Shown: positions 1-9,116, numbered from the stretch's first letter. The stretch: DNA of 30,496 nt from Pseudomonadota bacterium (GCA_043804515.1 JAZDIZ010000086.1:1-30496); one strand, 5' to 3'. A program made the numbers and translations. Notes: a model not told the origin generated them from the sequence alone.

Positions 1-968
1 CCCATCAAACTGGTGCCGCCGATCACGCAGGAGGCGATGGCGTCCAACTCCAGGAGTTGCCCCGCGTCGGGAGATGCGCTTCCCACGCGCGCGGTGAGAA
101 CCGCCGCCGCGACCACACTCAAGCCACCCATGCAAAGAAACACGCCTAAGGAACGCCGGCGAACGGGGATTCCCGACATGTAGGCCGCCTCCTGGTTTCC
201 GCCGATCGCATAGACGTGCCTGCCGAACGTCGTGTGTGTGGCCAGGAAGTGGAAAAGCAACATGAGAGCCAACATGACCAGCACCGGGATGGGAATCCCC
301 TCGTACCTGGCCATAATGTCCATGAAGCCGAGGACCAACACGGAGATACCGGCGGTCCTGCCGGTCGCTTTCCACGCCGCCTCGACCGAGAGGCCCGAAC
401 GCCGGGCCGATCTCCGCCCCCACCAGGTACTCAGAACCAGGAGGCTGACGCCGAAAATCGCCAGCGCCCAACCGATCGGGCTGGGGACATATGCAGTTCC
501 GAGTGTGGCGATCCAGTTTTCGCCGAGAGGGACCGTGTTCCCCTGCGTGATCCACATCGCCGCTCCGCGGAACGCCAACATCCCACCCAGCGTGACGATA
601 AACGCCGGGATCCGCTGGTAACTCACCAGATATCCCTGCGCGCCCCCGATAGCGAGGCCGAGGATCAACGTGACACCGAACGCAAGCGTGGGATCCAACC
701 CGCGGTTCGTCGTGAGAATCGCCATCACGGCGCCCAGGAATGCGACGGTGGAGCCGACGGAAAGATCGATATGGCCGGCCACGATAACCAGGACCATGCC
801 CGTGGCCAGGATTCCCGTGATCGACATCTGGCGGAACAGATTGGAGAGATTGCGCGGTTGGAGAAAGGCGCCGTGCGTGACGGCATGAAAAACGGCCCAG
901 ATGGCCAGAAGCGCGAACACCATCGTCATCGTGCGGAGACGGGACTTGATGCCGTAGGAAAGCTGCAT
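1..968 (-). CDS. xylH: Sugar (xylose-type) ABC transporter permease, 3' end runs off the window
   Basis: Not in the ORF track. Manual translation from ATG at 968 gives MQLSYGIKSRLRTMTMVFALLAIW...NLSNLFRQMSITGILATGMVLVIVAGHIDLSVGS...ELDAIASCVIGGTSLM. These are CUT2 permease motifs, and the gene lies directly after the ATPase gene. Confidence 0.88.
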   Translation of the reverse strand, partial: MQLSYGIKSRLRTMTMVFALLAIWAVFHAVTHGAFLQPRNLSNLFRQMSITGILATGMVLVIVAGHIDLSVGSTVAFLGAVMAILTTNRGLDPTLAFGVTLILGLAIGGAQGYLVSYQRIPAFIVTLGGMLAFRGAAMWITQGNTVPLGENWIATLGTAYVPSPIGWALAIFGVSLLVLSTWWGRRSARRSGLSVEAAWKATGRTAGISVLVLGFMDIMARYEGIPIPVLVMLALMLLFHFLATHTTFGRHVYAIGGNQEAAYMSGIPVRRRSLGVFLCMGGLSVVAAAVLTARVGSASPDAGQLLELDAIASCVIGGTSLM

Positions 969-981
969 TCTTCGTATCTCT

Positions 982-2547
982 TTATGCCGCCTGTGTGGCG
1001 GCCGCCATCACATTCTCTTGATTCGCAACCGCCCGGGGGAATTCACCGGTGAGACGGCCGCGGGATAAAACCGCGATCCGGTCGCACACGCCCAGGATCT
1101 CCGGCAGCTCGGACGACACCATCACGATCGCCATCCCCTGCTCCGCCAACTGGGACAGGAGATTGTAGATCTCGGCCTTGGCGCCCACGTCGATGCCCCG
1201 CGTCGGCTCATCCAGGAACAAGACCTTGGGCTCGCCCAAAAGGTATTTGGCCAGGACCACCTTCTGCTGGTTTCCCCCGCTTAGATGCTTGACCGGGATC
1301 TCCAAAGAAGCGGCTTTCACGCGCAGATCGTTCACGGCCTTTCGGGCTACCGTGGCTTCGCCGCGGCGCGGGACGATCCCGAAACGTGAGAGCCGGTGCA
1401 AGACCGCCAGCGTGAGATTTTTAAGGACGGAAGCGTCCAAAACCAAACCGTATCGCTTCCGGTCCTCAGACACGAGGCCCAGGCCCAGGCCGATCGCCTG
1501 TTGGGGGGACTTAACCCGGATGGATTTCCCGCCCAGCAACACGTCGCCACGCCGTTGCCCGGGGAAGACACCGAACAAGCTCGTCAGGAGCTCTGTCCGC
1601 CCGGCGCCCACCAAACCGAAGATTCCCAAAATCTCCCCCACACGGACGGAAAAGGAAATGTCCGATAAAACGTGTTTTTGGGGCAAGTTTGGGTGTTGGA
1701 CCGTCAAGCCGCGTACCTCGAAAACGGGAGGGCCCAAGTCCCTGGGCTTGTAGGGATAGAGCTTGTCCAATTCGCGGCCGACCATGTCGGCGACAATTTG
1801 GGGAATGGTTGTGGAGACCGTGTCGCGCGTGCCCACGGCGGTCCCGTCGCGCAGAACGGTGATCCGGTCGGCGATTTCGAATACCTCGTTCAGTTTGTGG
1901 GAGATCAGAATGCACGTGACGCCCCGGCTTTTGAGTTCCCGGAGAATGCGCATCAACGTGGCCACCTCGCTTTCGGAAAGCGATGACGTGGGCTCGTCCA
2001 GAACCAGAATGCGCGCGTTTTTGGAGAGGGCCTTTGCGATCTCCACCATCTGTTGCTGGCCCATGCCGAGGGCCTCGACCTTCTCCTGTGGAGCGACGTC
2101 AAGCCCGAGAACGCTCAGGAGATCACGGGAAGCTTTGAAGGCCTTATGCCGGTCGATCCACCCGGCTACGTTCGGTTCCCTTCCTAAGAAGATATTTTCG
2201 GCCACGCTCAGGTGCCGGATCAGCGACAGCTCCTGATAAATGATGGCGACGCCCGCTTCCTCGCTTTCGGCGATGCTGCGGAACCGCCGGTCCCTCCCGT
2301 CGATCCGGATCGTTCCTTCGTACGAGCCGAACGGATGGTTTCCGCTCAGCACCTTCATCAGCGTGGATTTTCCGGCGCCGTTTTCACCGCAAAGAGCGTG
2401 AATCTCGCCCCGGCGAACGGAAAAAGAAACCGCCTTGAGGGCGTAGATGCCCGAAAACGACTTGGAGATTTGGTGCATCTCCAGGATCGGCGCTTCGTTT
2501 ACCGCGGCGCCGGCGCCTTGGGTTACGGCCGGGCGGTCTTGGGCCAT
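982..2547 (-). CDS. xylG: Sugar ABC transporter ATP-binding protein, two ABC domains
   Basis: Walker A GENGAGKST, LDEPT twice, signature LSGGNQQK. Start uncertain (25-nt overlap with xylF). Confidence 0.9.
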   Translation of the reverse strand: MAQDRPAVTQGAGAAVNEAPILEMHQISKSFSGIYALKAVSFSVRRGEIHALCGENGAGKSTLMKVLSGNHPFGSYEGTIRIDGRDRRFRSIAESEEAGVAIIYQELSLIRHLSVAENIFLGREPNVAGWIDRHKAFKASRDLLSVLGLDVAPQEKVEALGMGQQQMVEIAKALSKNARILVLDEPTSSLSESEVATLMRILRELKSRGVTCILISHKLNEVFEIADRITVLRDGTAVGTRDTVSTTIPQIVADMVGRELDKLYPYKPRDLGPPVFEVRGLTVQHPNLPQKHVLSDISFSVRVGEILGIFGLVGAGRTELLTSLFGVFPGQRRGDVLLGGKSIRVKSPQQAIGLGLGLVSEDRKRYGLVLDASVLKNLTLAVLHRLSRFGIVPRRGEATVARKAVNDLRVKAASLEIPVKHLSGGNQQKVVLAKYLLGEPKVLFLDEPTRGIDVGAKAEIYNLLSQLAEQGMAIVMVSSELPEILGVCDRIAVLSRGRLTGEFPRAVANQENVMAAATQAA

Positions 2548-3593
2548 AGGGCTTTGGGTACGTTCTTGTAAACCGCCCCGACTTTTTGGAACCCGTCCTT
2601 AATCAGGGCGTCCATCATGTTGGATTGATCCACGACAATCGGCGTGAGCAAAATGGAGGGGATCTCCTTTGCGCCGTTCGAAACCTTATTGGTAGCCTCT
2701 TTAAGGGGTTCTCCCCTCGCGATCGCCACGGCCGCCTCCGCCGCCCGGGAAGCCAGGGTTCGGATCGGCTTGTAAACCGTCATAGCCTGCGTTCCCTCCA
2801 CGACGCGTTGGCAAGCCGCGAGGTCGGCGTCCTGGCCGGACACCAGGACCTTGCCCGCCAGGTTCTGCTGTTTGAGCGCCGAGATCACGCCTCCGGCCGT
2901 GCCGTCGTTGGACGCCACGACGGCGTCCACTTTGTTCTGCATTTTGGTCAAAGCGTTTTCGACGTGTTTTAAAGCCTCGCTGGCCTGCCAATCCTTGGCC
3001 CATTGGTCGGAGACGATCTTCACGTCGCCCCGGGAGACCGCCGGTTTCAAAACTTCCATCTGCCCCTGGCGCAGCATCTGGGCGTTGTTGTCCGTGGGTG
3101 CGCCTCCAATCAGGACGTAATTCCCCTTGGGGACTTTCTTGAGAAGATAGGAAGCCTGAAGGCGCCCCACTTCCACGTTGTCAAAGGAGATGTAGAGATC
3201 CACATCGGCATTGCGGATCAGCCGGTCGTACGAAAGAACCTTGATCCCGGCTTTGTGCGCGGCCGCCACGATCGGCGCGGCGGTAACGGCGTTATGGGGG
3301 ACCACAACGAGGACGTCGATCCCCTGTGTCAGGAGATTTTCCGCCTGGCTGTTCTGAAGGGCGTCGTTTCCGTTCGAGGCCTGGACCAGGACGTCGGCGC
3401 CCAGTTCGCTCGCCCGTTTGACGAAAAGCTCCCGGTCCCTCTGCCATCGCTCCTCCTTGAGCGTGTCCATCGAAAGGCCGATCCGGATTTTTTTGGGCGG
3501 GGGGCCCTTTTCCGCGGAGGGCGCGCTTGTGGCAAAAAGCGTGGCGAAGGCCAGGGGAAAGACGAGGCAGATGCGGACCATTGTGCTCTTCAT
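2523..3593 (-). CDS. xylF: D-xylose ABC transporter substrate-binding protein
   Basis: Signal peptide; XylF motifs ERWQRDR, VLSYDRLI, YISFDN, GAPTDNNA, VSGQDAD, MTVYKPI. Confidence 0.9.
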   Translation of the reverse strand: MKSTMVRICLVFPLAFATLFATSAPSAEKGPPPKKIRIGLSMDTLKEERWQRDRELFVKRASELGADVLVQASNGNDALQNSQAENLLTQGIDVLVVVPHNAVTAAPIVAAAHKAGIKVLSYDRLIRNADVDLYISFDNVEVGRLQASYLLKKVPKGNYVLIGGAPTDNNAQMLRQGQMEVLKPAVSRGDVKIVSDQWAKDWQASEALKHVENALTKMQNKVDAVVASNDGTAGGVISALKQQNLAGKVLVSGQDADLAACQRVVEGTQAMTVYKPIRTLASRAAEAAVAIARGEPLKEATNKVSNGAKEIPSILLTPIVVDQSNMMDALIKDGFQKVGAVYKNVPKALWPKTARP

Positions 3594-3651
3594 GCCCGCG
3601 AGCTTAGCCCGAAAAGCCCGGGAGGAAAACAGTAGGGGTGTTCGGCGGTGG

Positions 3652-3927
3652 CTACCGGAGAAGGGATTTCAGGAAGCGGAGCACCCGCTCCTGGTCTTTC
3701 CCCGGGTCATCGTGGATCCGATAATGAACCCAGACGCGGTCCCGCCGCTCCTGCACTAGGCCGGAGTGAAGGAGGTAGCGCAGATGCCGGGAGGCTTTGG
3801 ATTGGCTGATCCCCAGGGTCTCTTCGAACCGGCAAACGCAAAGTTCCCCTTTTTTGAGCAGGAGAGAGAGGATCTTGAGCCGGGTTTCGTCCGCCAGGGC
3901 CTTGAATATGTCCGCCGTCCGGATCAT
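3652..3927 (-). CDS. arsR: ArsR/SmtB family metalloregulator
   Basis: FKALADETRLKIL, ELCVC metal/As(III) box, SQSKASRHL HTH; divergent from arsM. Confidence 0.9.
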   Translation of the reverse strand: MIRTADIFKALADETRLKILSLLLKKGELCVCRFEETLGISQSKASRHLRYLLHSGLVQERRDRVWVHYRIHDDPGKDQERVLRFLKSLLR

Positions 3928-3940
3928 CGTTTTTTCATGT

Positions 3941-3972
3941 TTGCATATAACCGTTTAAGCGTGTATATGCAA
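3941..3972. promoter_or_regulatory. Putative ArsR operator (inverted repeat)
   Basis: TTGCATATA-N14-TATATGCAA perfect 9-bp inverted repeat in the AT-rich arsR/arsM spacer. Confidence 0.7.
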
Positions 3973-3995
3973 GAAACATTTTGAAAGGGTGGACC

Positions 3996-4850
3996 ATGAA
4001 AAGAACTGAAGACAAGGCCGGCGAAATCCGGAAACAGGTGTCCAAAGACTACGCCCGAGACGTTTCCACGCCGGGCCCGAAGGGGTGCTGCCGGACCGAT
4101 CCGAAGGGGGTTCTGGCCAAAGTGGCCGGCTATTCGGCGGAAGAGGTTGCGGCGCTTCCGGCGGAAGCGGCCACGAATTCGTTCGGATGCGGTAATCCGG
4201 TGGCGTTGGCCGACGTGAAAGAGGGACAGACGGTTCTGGACCTCGGGTGCGGGGCGGGAATCGACGTCATCCTGGCCGCCAAAAGGGTGGGGCCGAAGGG
4301 AAAAGTAATCGGCGTGGACATGACCGACGAGATGATCGCGAAAGCGAAGGCGAACGTGAAGGCGGCGGGGCTCACGAACGTGGACGTACGCCGGGGAATC
4401 ATCGAGGACCTGCCGGTGGAGTCCTCCAGCGTGGATCTCGTGATCTCCAATTGCGTGATCAACCTCTCGCCTGAAAAAGAGAAGGTGTTCAAGGAAATCG
4501 CCCGCGTCCTCAAACAAGGCGGCGGGATTTCCATCTCGGATATCGTGGCGGAGGAGTTGCCCCCCGAAATCGTTGCGCATCCGGCTCTTTACTCCTCTTG
4601 TGTCTCCGGCGCCGTCAGCGAAAAAAAGTACGTTCAAGGCCTTCAGGATGCCGGGCTCACGGACGTGGAGGTTCGGGACAGGCTTGTGTACGACCGGAGC
4701 CAAATGGAGGCGCTGATCGGCTCCGAGGTGAAGGAAGCGGACGCGCCGACATGTTGCGGAAGTCAGGCCCCGTTCAGCCTGGGAAAGGAATGGGCAAAAA
4801 AACTGGCCGGCAAGGTCTGGAGCGTCCGAGTCGTCGGCCGACGCGCATAG
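3996..4850 (+). CDS. arsM: Arsenite S-adenosylmethionine methyltransferase
   Basis: N-terminal CC, SFGCGNP, SAM motif LDLGCGAG, ISNCVINL, SCVSGA. ATG at 3996 preferred over TTG at 3981. Confidence 0.9.
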   Translation: MKRTEDKAGEIRKQVSKDYARDVSTPGPKGCCRTDPKGVLAKVAGYSAEEVAALPAEAATNSFGCGNPVALADVKEGQTVLDLGCGAGIDVILAAKRVGPKGKVIGVDMTDEMIAKAKANVKAAGLTNVDVRRGIIEDLPVESSSVDLVISNCVINLSPEKEKVFKEIARVLKQGGGISISDIVAEELPPEIVAHPALYSSCVSGAVSEKKYVQGLQDAGLTDVEVRDRLVYDRSQMEALIGSEVKEADAPTCCGSQAPFSLGKEWAKKLAGKVWSVRVVGRRA

Positions 4851-4889
4851 GAGCATTTTCATGAGGCCAAGGGGAAGGCCGCCCCCAAA

Positions 4890-5657
4890 TCAGTAAATGA
4901 AGGGCACGATGGCGCGCCGCGCGGGAGGATAATCTGGGAACCGAGTCCGGTACCATTTGTGATGCGAGCGTGCGCGAGGGACGAGATTGGCCGCCGTCCA
5001 CAGAAAGAAAACAAGCCCGGGGATGGACCAGGTCAAAACGGCCCATCCGAGCCATTCGACGAGCTCTCCCAGATAATTGGGGCAGGAAACAAAGCGAAAC
5101 GCCCCGCCGTACGAAATCTTGTAACCGGTATCCCCGGGAGCCCGGAGTGAACGCAACGCCGAGTCCGACCGGCGGTTCAGAATGTGGCCTCCCAGGAATA
5201 AAAGAAGACCGCACAGAAATCGCGGATCGGCGAACCAGGCAATGGCCCGCGCCGGACCCAACGTGAACAGATACCGTCCCTGCAAATATCCGTTCATGGC
5301 GTTGAAAAGGAATCCCATCATGACGACACTGATCGGCATCTGAATGTGCCCACCCGTAAGCCTCCAGGGGTAAATGAACGCGCGGTATACATAATGAAGG
5401 AGCCAAAGAGCTAAAAACACGGTGGCCGGCGCGTTGTCTCTCCGGTCCGAGATCGCAAAGAACACGATCGGGACCAGGACGGCCGGAGTCTCCATGACGA
5501 TCCACCCGGCTGTTCGGTGGAGCGCAGGCCCCCAACCGGGCCGGGCGTGCCTTCCGTAAGGGGCGGGCACGAACCGAAGGAGAAGAAAAACGACGGCCGC
5601 GATCCCGATCCAGGCCATCAGGAGATACGGATAGAGCCCGCGTTCCGTGAGGTTCAT
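4890..5657 (-). CDS. 3-oxo-5-alpha-steroid 4-dehydrogenase (steroid 5-alpha-reductase, SRD5A-like)
   Basis: APYGRH, METPA, HYVYRAFIYP, SDSALRSLR, GGAFRFVSCPNYLGELVEW, ANLVPRARSHHKWY. ATG at 5657 overlaps the upstream stop (ATGA). Confidence 0.88.
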   Translation of the reverse strand: MNLTERGLYPYLLMAWIGIAAVVFLLLRFVPAPYGRHARPGWGPALHRTAGWIVMETPAVLVPIVFFAISDRRDNAPATVFLALWLLHYVYRAFIYPWRLTGGHIQMPISVVMMGFLFNAMNGYLQGRYLFTLGPARAIAWFADPRFLCGLLLFLGGHILNRRSDSALRSLRAPGDTGYKISYGGAFRFVSCPNYLGELVEWLGWAVLTWSIPGLVFFLWTAANLVPRARSHHKWYRTRFPDYPPARRAIVPFIY

Positions 5658-6637
5658 CGAAGCATCCCCGCATCCCGTTGCCATGCGATCGTGTCGACCA
5701 ACGTCTGCCGCATCGGCCGTGGGGCGTGACCAAGCTCCTTTTGCGCTTTCGAACAGTCGAAACGTGAATTGCCGCGCAAAACACGGAGCGAGGCGCCTGT
5801 AAATTTCGGGCGCCGGCCGGTGATTCTGCTCCAGAGCGTGGGAAAAGGAGCCACGGCACGCGCCAACCACATCGGGCAGGTCAGGCGCGGGGCCCTCGTT
5901 CCCGTGATCTCTTCCACCAGGACGGCCAGCTCGCGGACCGTGAGACGGTGGCCGCCGATCAAGTAGCGCTCTCCGCATCGGCCTTGTATTTCCGAGGCGA
6001 GGGCCGTTGCCACGACGTCGCGCACGTCGACGAAATCGTAGACCCCGGGAATGACGGCCGGGAGACGGCCGACGGCCAAGTCTCGGATCGTCTCCCCGAC
6101 GAGGGAAAGGGCGTAGTCGTGCGGCCCGATGATGGCGGACGGGTTCAGAATCACGGCGTCCAGGCCGTCCCGGACGGAATCCAAGATCGCCCGTTCGCCG
6201 GCGGTTTTCGACAAGCTGTAGGGGAGTGGGCGTCCATCCTCCCGACAAAAACCGTTTTCCTCCGTGATTGGCCGATCCAGGGGCAGATCGGAAAGCGCAT
6301 GGACGGAGCTGATGTGGATCAGGCGCCGAACGCCCGCCTTGAGGCAAACTTGAGCGATGTTTCCCGGACCGGTCGAGTTCACCTCGAGCGAGGAGATCCG
6401 CTCGAACCCGGTCACCGAGACCTTTCCCGCGCAATGGTAAACCACGGCTGCGCCTTCCACGACGGCCCAAAGCGAGCCGGGGTCGAGAACATCTCCGCGT
6501 ACTTGCTCGACGTCCAGGCCCCGGACGCCCCGCGTGTCCCGGTGAATCAGGACGCGCACCTTCCGACCCCGGGCGAGCAAGACGCGGACCAAATTGGCCC
6601 CGAGATGGCCGGAGGCCCCCGTGACAGCGGTCAACAT
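5654..6637 (-). CDS. Extended SDR / NAD-dependent epimerase-dehydratase (HpnA / dihydroflavonol reductase / 3-beta-HSD-like)
   Basis: TGASGHLG Rossmann motif, HISS, catalytic YSLSK, FVDVRDV. Confidence 0.85.
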   Translation of the reverse strand: MLTAVTGASGHLGANLVRVLLARGRKVRVLIHRDTRGVRGLDVEQVRGDVLDPGSLWAVVEGAAVVYHCAGKVSVTGFERISSLEVNSTGPGNIAQVCLKAGVRRLIHISSVHALSDLPLDRPITEENGFCREDGRPLPYSLSKTAGERAILDSVRDGLDAVILNPSAIIGPHDYALSLVGETIRDLAVGRLPAVIPGVYDFVDVRDVVATALASEIQGRCGERYLIGGHRLTVRELAVLVEEITGTRAPRLTCPMWLARAVAPFPTLWSRITGRRPKFTGASLRVLRGNSRFDCSKAQKELGHAPRPMRQTLVDTIAWQRDAGMLR

Positions 6638-6746
6638 GGGTTCGATGCGTAGCCGGTCCGGGACCGTGGGTAAAGAAAAAGGAACGAGCGAGCAAAGCCG
6701 AGAAAAGGCGGAGGCACCCTATTTCGAAATCTTCCTTCAAACCCCA

Positions 6747-6776
6747 TTGACAATAGGGGGAGGGAACTCCTAGGGT
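6747..6776 (+). promoter_or_regulatory. Possible sigma70 promoter for the NmrA-like gene
   Basis: TTGACA-N18-TAGGGT, followed by a purine-rich SD (AAGGGAGA) before ATG 6841. Confidence 0.4.
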
Positions 6777-6840
6777 TGCGCGGAGCAAGCATGTTGTGAG
6801 GGTTTCCAAAACGGACTGAACGGAGAGAAGGGAGACGGTT

Positions 6841-7737
6841 ATGGCGAGCAAGAAATTCGCAGTGCTGGGAGCCACGGGCCAGATCGGCCGGGTTTTGAGC
6901 GAAGAGCTTCTTAGAAACGGCCACAAGGTGCGGGCGATCGGGCGCGACGCGAAGAAATTGGACGCGCTTCGCGCGAAGGGAGCGGAGATCTTTTCGACGG
7001 GCTTCGAGAACGAAGTGCTTCTCTCCGAGGCGTTTTTCGGCAGCGACGGGGTTTTCGTGATGTTGCCTCCGGGCTACGGCGTGGACGACTTGGGGGCGTA
7101 TCAGGATCGGACGGGCGAGACCATCCGGAAAGCCATTGAAACGTCCAAGGTCAAGAAAGTCGTGAACTTGAGCAGCGTCGGCGCTCATCATCCGGACAAG
7201 ACCGGTCCGATCAAGGGGGCCTATGCGCAGGAACACCGCCTGAACGCCCTTCCGGGGACGGACGTTCTCCACCTCCGTCCGGCGTTCTTCATGCAAAACT
7301 TTCTCTTCTCGATTCCGGCGATCAAGTCGAAAGGAGCGATCGCGTCGCCCATCAAAGCCGATCTTCCTTTTTGGGCGGTTTCCACAAACGACATCGGCAA
7401 GAAAGCCTCCGAGTTTCTCGGGGGACTCGGTTTTAAGGGGAAAACGGTCTTCGAATTCGTGGGGCCGCGGCAAATTACATACGCGAAGGCGACGCAGATT
7501 TTGGGCAAGGCGATCGGGAAGGAAGATCTCAAATATGAGCAGCTGTCCTACGCGGACCAGGAAAAAGGCATGATCGGAGCGGGGATGAAGCCCGGCGTGG
7601 CGAAGCTGATGGTCGAAATGCACCAGGCGACGAACGACGGATTGATCATTCCGACGCAGACGCTGAAGGAAGACCACAAGGGAGCCACGACGTTCGAAAG
7701 TTTCGCCCGCGAATTCGCGGAAGCGTTCGGAAAATAG
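6841..7737 (+). CDS. NmrA-family NAD(P)H-binding protein (atypical SDR)
   Basis: GATGQIG, VNLSSVGA, LRPAFFMQN motifs; good SD. Confidence 0.85.
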   Translation: MASKKFAVLGATGQIGRVLSEELLRNGHKVRAIGRDAKKLDALRAKGAEIFSTGFENEVLLSEAFFGSDGVFVMLPPGYGVDDLGAYQDRTGETIRKAIETSKVKKVVNLSSVGAHHPDKTGPIKGAYAQEHRLNALPGTDVLHLRPAFFMQNFLFSIPAIKSKGAIASPIKADLPFWAVSTNDIGKKASEFLGGLGFKGKTVFEFVGPRQITYAKATQILGKAIGKEDLKYEQLSYADQEKGMIGAGMKPGVAKLMVEMHQATNDGLIIPTQTLKEDHKGATTFESFAREFAEAFGK

Positions 7738-7745
7738 CGGAAGAT

Positions 7746-7886
7746 CCGGAGTCCGGTATCCGTAAGCCGTATGCCGGAACCGGATCAGGAATCGAAAAAG
7801 TCTCAGGCAGCAGGCAAACGGGCAGTCCGCCACGGGCATCGGTCCCGGACACGGAATTCGGAAGACGGTTTACGGATCCCGGTATG
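7746..7886. repeat. Inverted arrays of degenerate 7-bp repeats
   Basis: CCG at 7746/7753/7760/7767/7774 and CGG at 7852/7859/7866/7873/7880. 7753-7769 and 7866-7882 are 15/17 reverse complements. Confidence 0.75.
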
Positions 7887-8024
7887 TTCTTTGCGATAGC
7901 CTTCGGCAGTCTACGAGAGGTTCAGGCGATTATGGACCTACACAGAGGCATTTCAGCTTCGGTTTTGGATCTGACTGACCATGTTGGAGCCTGTCTCTAT
8001 CGCCTGACCCATTCTTCTCCCTGA
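7884..8024 (+). pseudogene. C-terminal remnant of a four-helix-bundle (23S rRNA IVP-like) protein
   Basis: Manual translation MFFAIAFGSLREVQAIMDLHRGISASVLDLTDHVGACLYRLTHSSP matches the family pattern FFxIAxGSxxExxxxLDL. The N-terminal half is absent. Confidence 0.65.
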
Positions 8025-8033
8025 TGCCTGATA

Positions 8034-9116
8034 TCAGGGACCGATTCCGCTGCCAGCTGCCCGATGCCGGGATTGGTTCGAGCGCTCCAGATCCAGGAGA
8101 AAGCGCTTTCTCCACAAACCGCCGCCGTAGCCTCCGAGTTCGCCGTCCTTGTTCACGACGCGGTGGCAGGGAAGCAGGATCGCGATCCGGTTTTTGCCGT
8201 TGGCCCCGCCTACGGCGCGCATGGCATTGGGATTTCCAAGCCGCCGGGCCAGATCGTCATACGAACAGGTCTGCCCGTATGGGATCCGGCGCAGTTCACC
8301 CCAGACTTTTTGCTGAAAGACGCTTCCGGGGAAATCCAAAGGCACGGCGAATTCCATTCTGGTTCCGGCGAAGTACTGAGCCAGCTCCTCCCGAAGCCGG
8401 GCGAGATGGGGATGCAACCCGGGAACCCACGGGCCCGCGAAATGTTTTTTCAGGATCTTGAATTGGGTTTCCAGCATCCGGCGGTCGGTGAACTCGAGAA
8501 GGCAGATCCCTTTGTCCGTGGTCCCGGCCACCAAGGGTCCGAGGGGGCTCTCGATCCAAGCCACGGTCACGCAGTTCCCATCACGGCTCTTTCCGGGCGG
8601 AGCGCCGAACGTGCGGAAGAAGGCTTCGCGAAAGCCGCTGTTCGATTCGTAGCCGTGATCCAGAGCGGCGTCGTCCAAGTCGCCCCCCTGGCGGATTTGG
8701 CGAAAGGCTTTCGACATCCGGAGACCCCGGCTGTAGGCCTGGAATGTCATTCCGTAATTCCGCCGAAAATACCGGCGCACGTGAACCGGGTCCAGCCCCC
8801 GGCTTTGAAGTTCGCCGTCCCGGATGCGTGCGGCGGGGCTCTCGTCCAATTCGGTAAGGAGCTGCGCCAACCATTCGGGTTGCGAATCGCCGATCTGAAG
8901 AGGCCGGCAGCGTTTGCACGGCCGGTACCCGGCAAAAAGCGCTTCTTGTGCGGTTCCGAAGAAAGCCAGATGTTCCGGGAGGGGCCTTTTTGCCGGACAC
9001 GTGGGCCGGCAGAAGATCCCCGTGGTCCGTACGCCGGTCAGGAAGATTCCATCGTACGAAGCGTCGCGATTGAAAAACGCTTTTTTCATTTCATTCAGGG
9101 GAGGCAACGACGTCAT
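8034..9116 (-). CDS. ada: Bifunctional Ada transcriptional activator / O6-methylguanine-DNA methyltransferase
   Basis: Zn domain TTGIFCRPTC...GYRPCKRC, AraC HTH (GYESNSGFREAF), active site PCHRV. ATG at 9116 preferred over the longer ORF start. Confidence 0.92.
   Translation of the reverse strand: MTSLPPLNEMKKAFFNRDASYDGIFLTGVRTTGIFCRPTCPAKRPLPEHLAFFGTAQEALFAGYRPCKRCRPLQIGDSQPEWLAQLLTELDESPAARIRDGELQSRGLDPVHVRRYFRRNYGMTFQAYSRGLRMSKAFRQIRQGGDLDDAALDHGYESNSGFREAFFRTFGAPPGKSRDGNCVTVAWIESPLGPLVAGTTDKGICLLEFTDRRMLETQFKILKKHFAGPWVPGLHPHLARLREELAQYFAGTRMEFAVPLDFPGSVFQQKVWGELRRIPYGQTCSYDDLARRLGNPNAMRAVGGANGKNRIAILLPCHRVVNKDGELGGYGGGLWRKRFLLDLERSNQSRHRAAGSGIGP

Noticed and set aside
216..1052. Long alternative-frame ORFs such as 216-1052, 8064-9344, 24564-25667, 25791-26939 and 28562-29686
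   Set aside because: They lie antisense to well-supported genes, have no recognisable motifs, and are expected shadow ORFs in GC-rich DNA.
5658..6926. Apparent 420-aa N-terminal extension of the 5-alpha-reductase (678-aa ORF)
   Set aside because: Arg/Pro/Gly-rich off-frame read of the SDR gene. The ATGA overlap at 5654-5657 gives a natural start.
7746..7886. Possible CRISPR array or iterons
   Set aside because: Units are degenerate 7-mers with no spacers; no cas or rep genes in the window.
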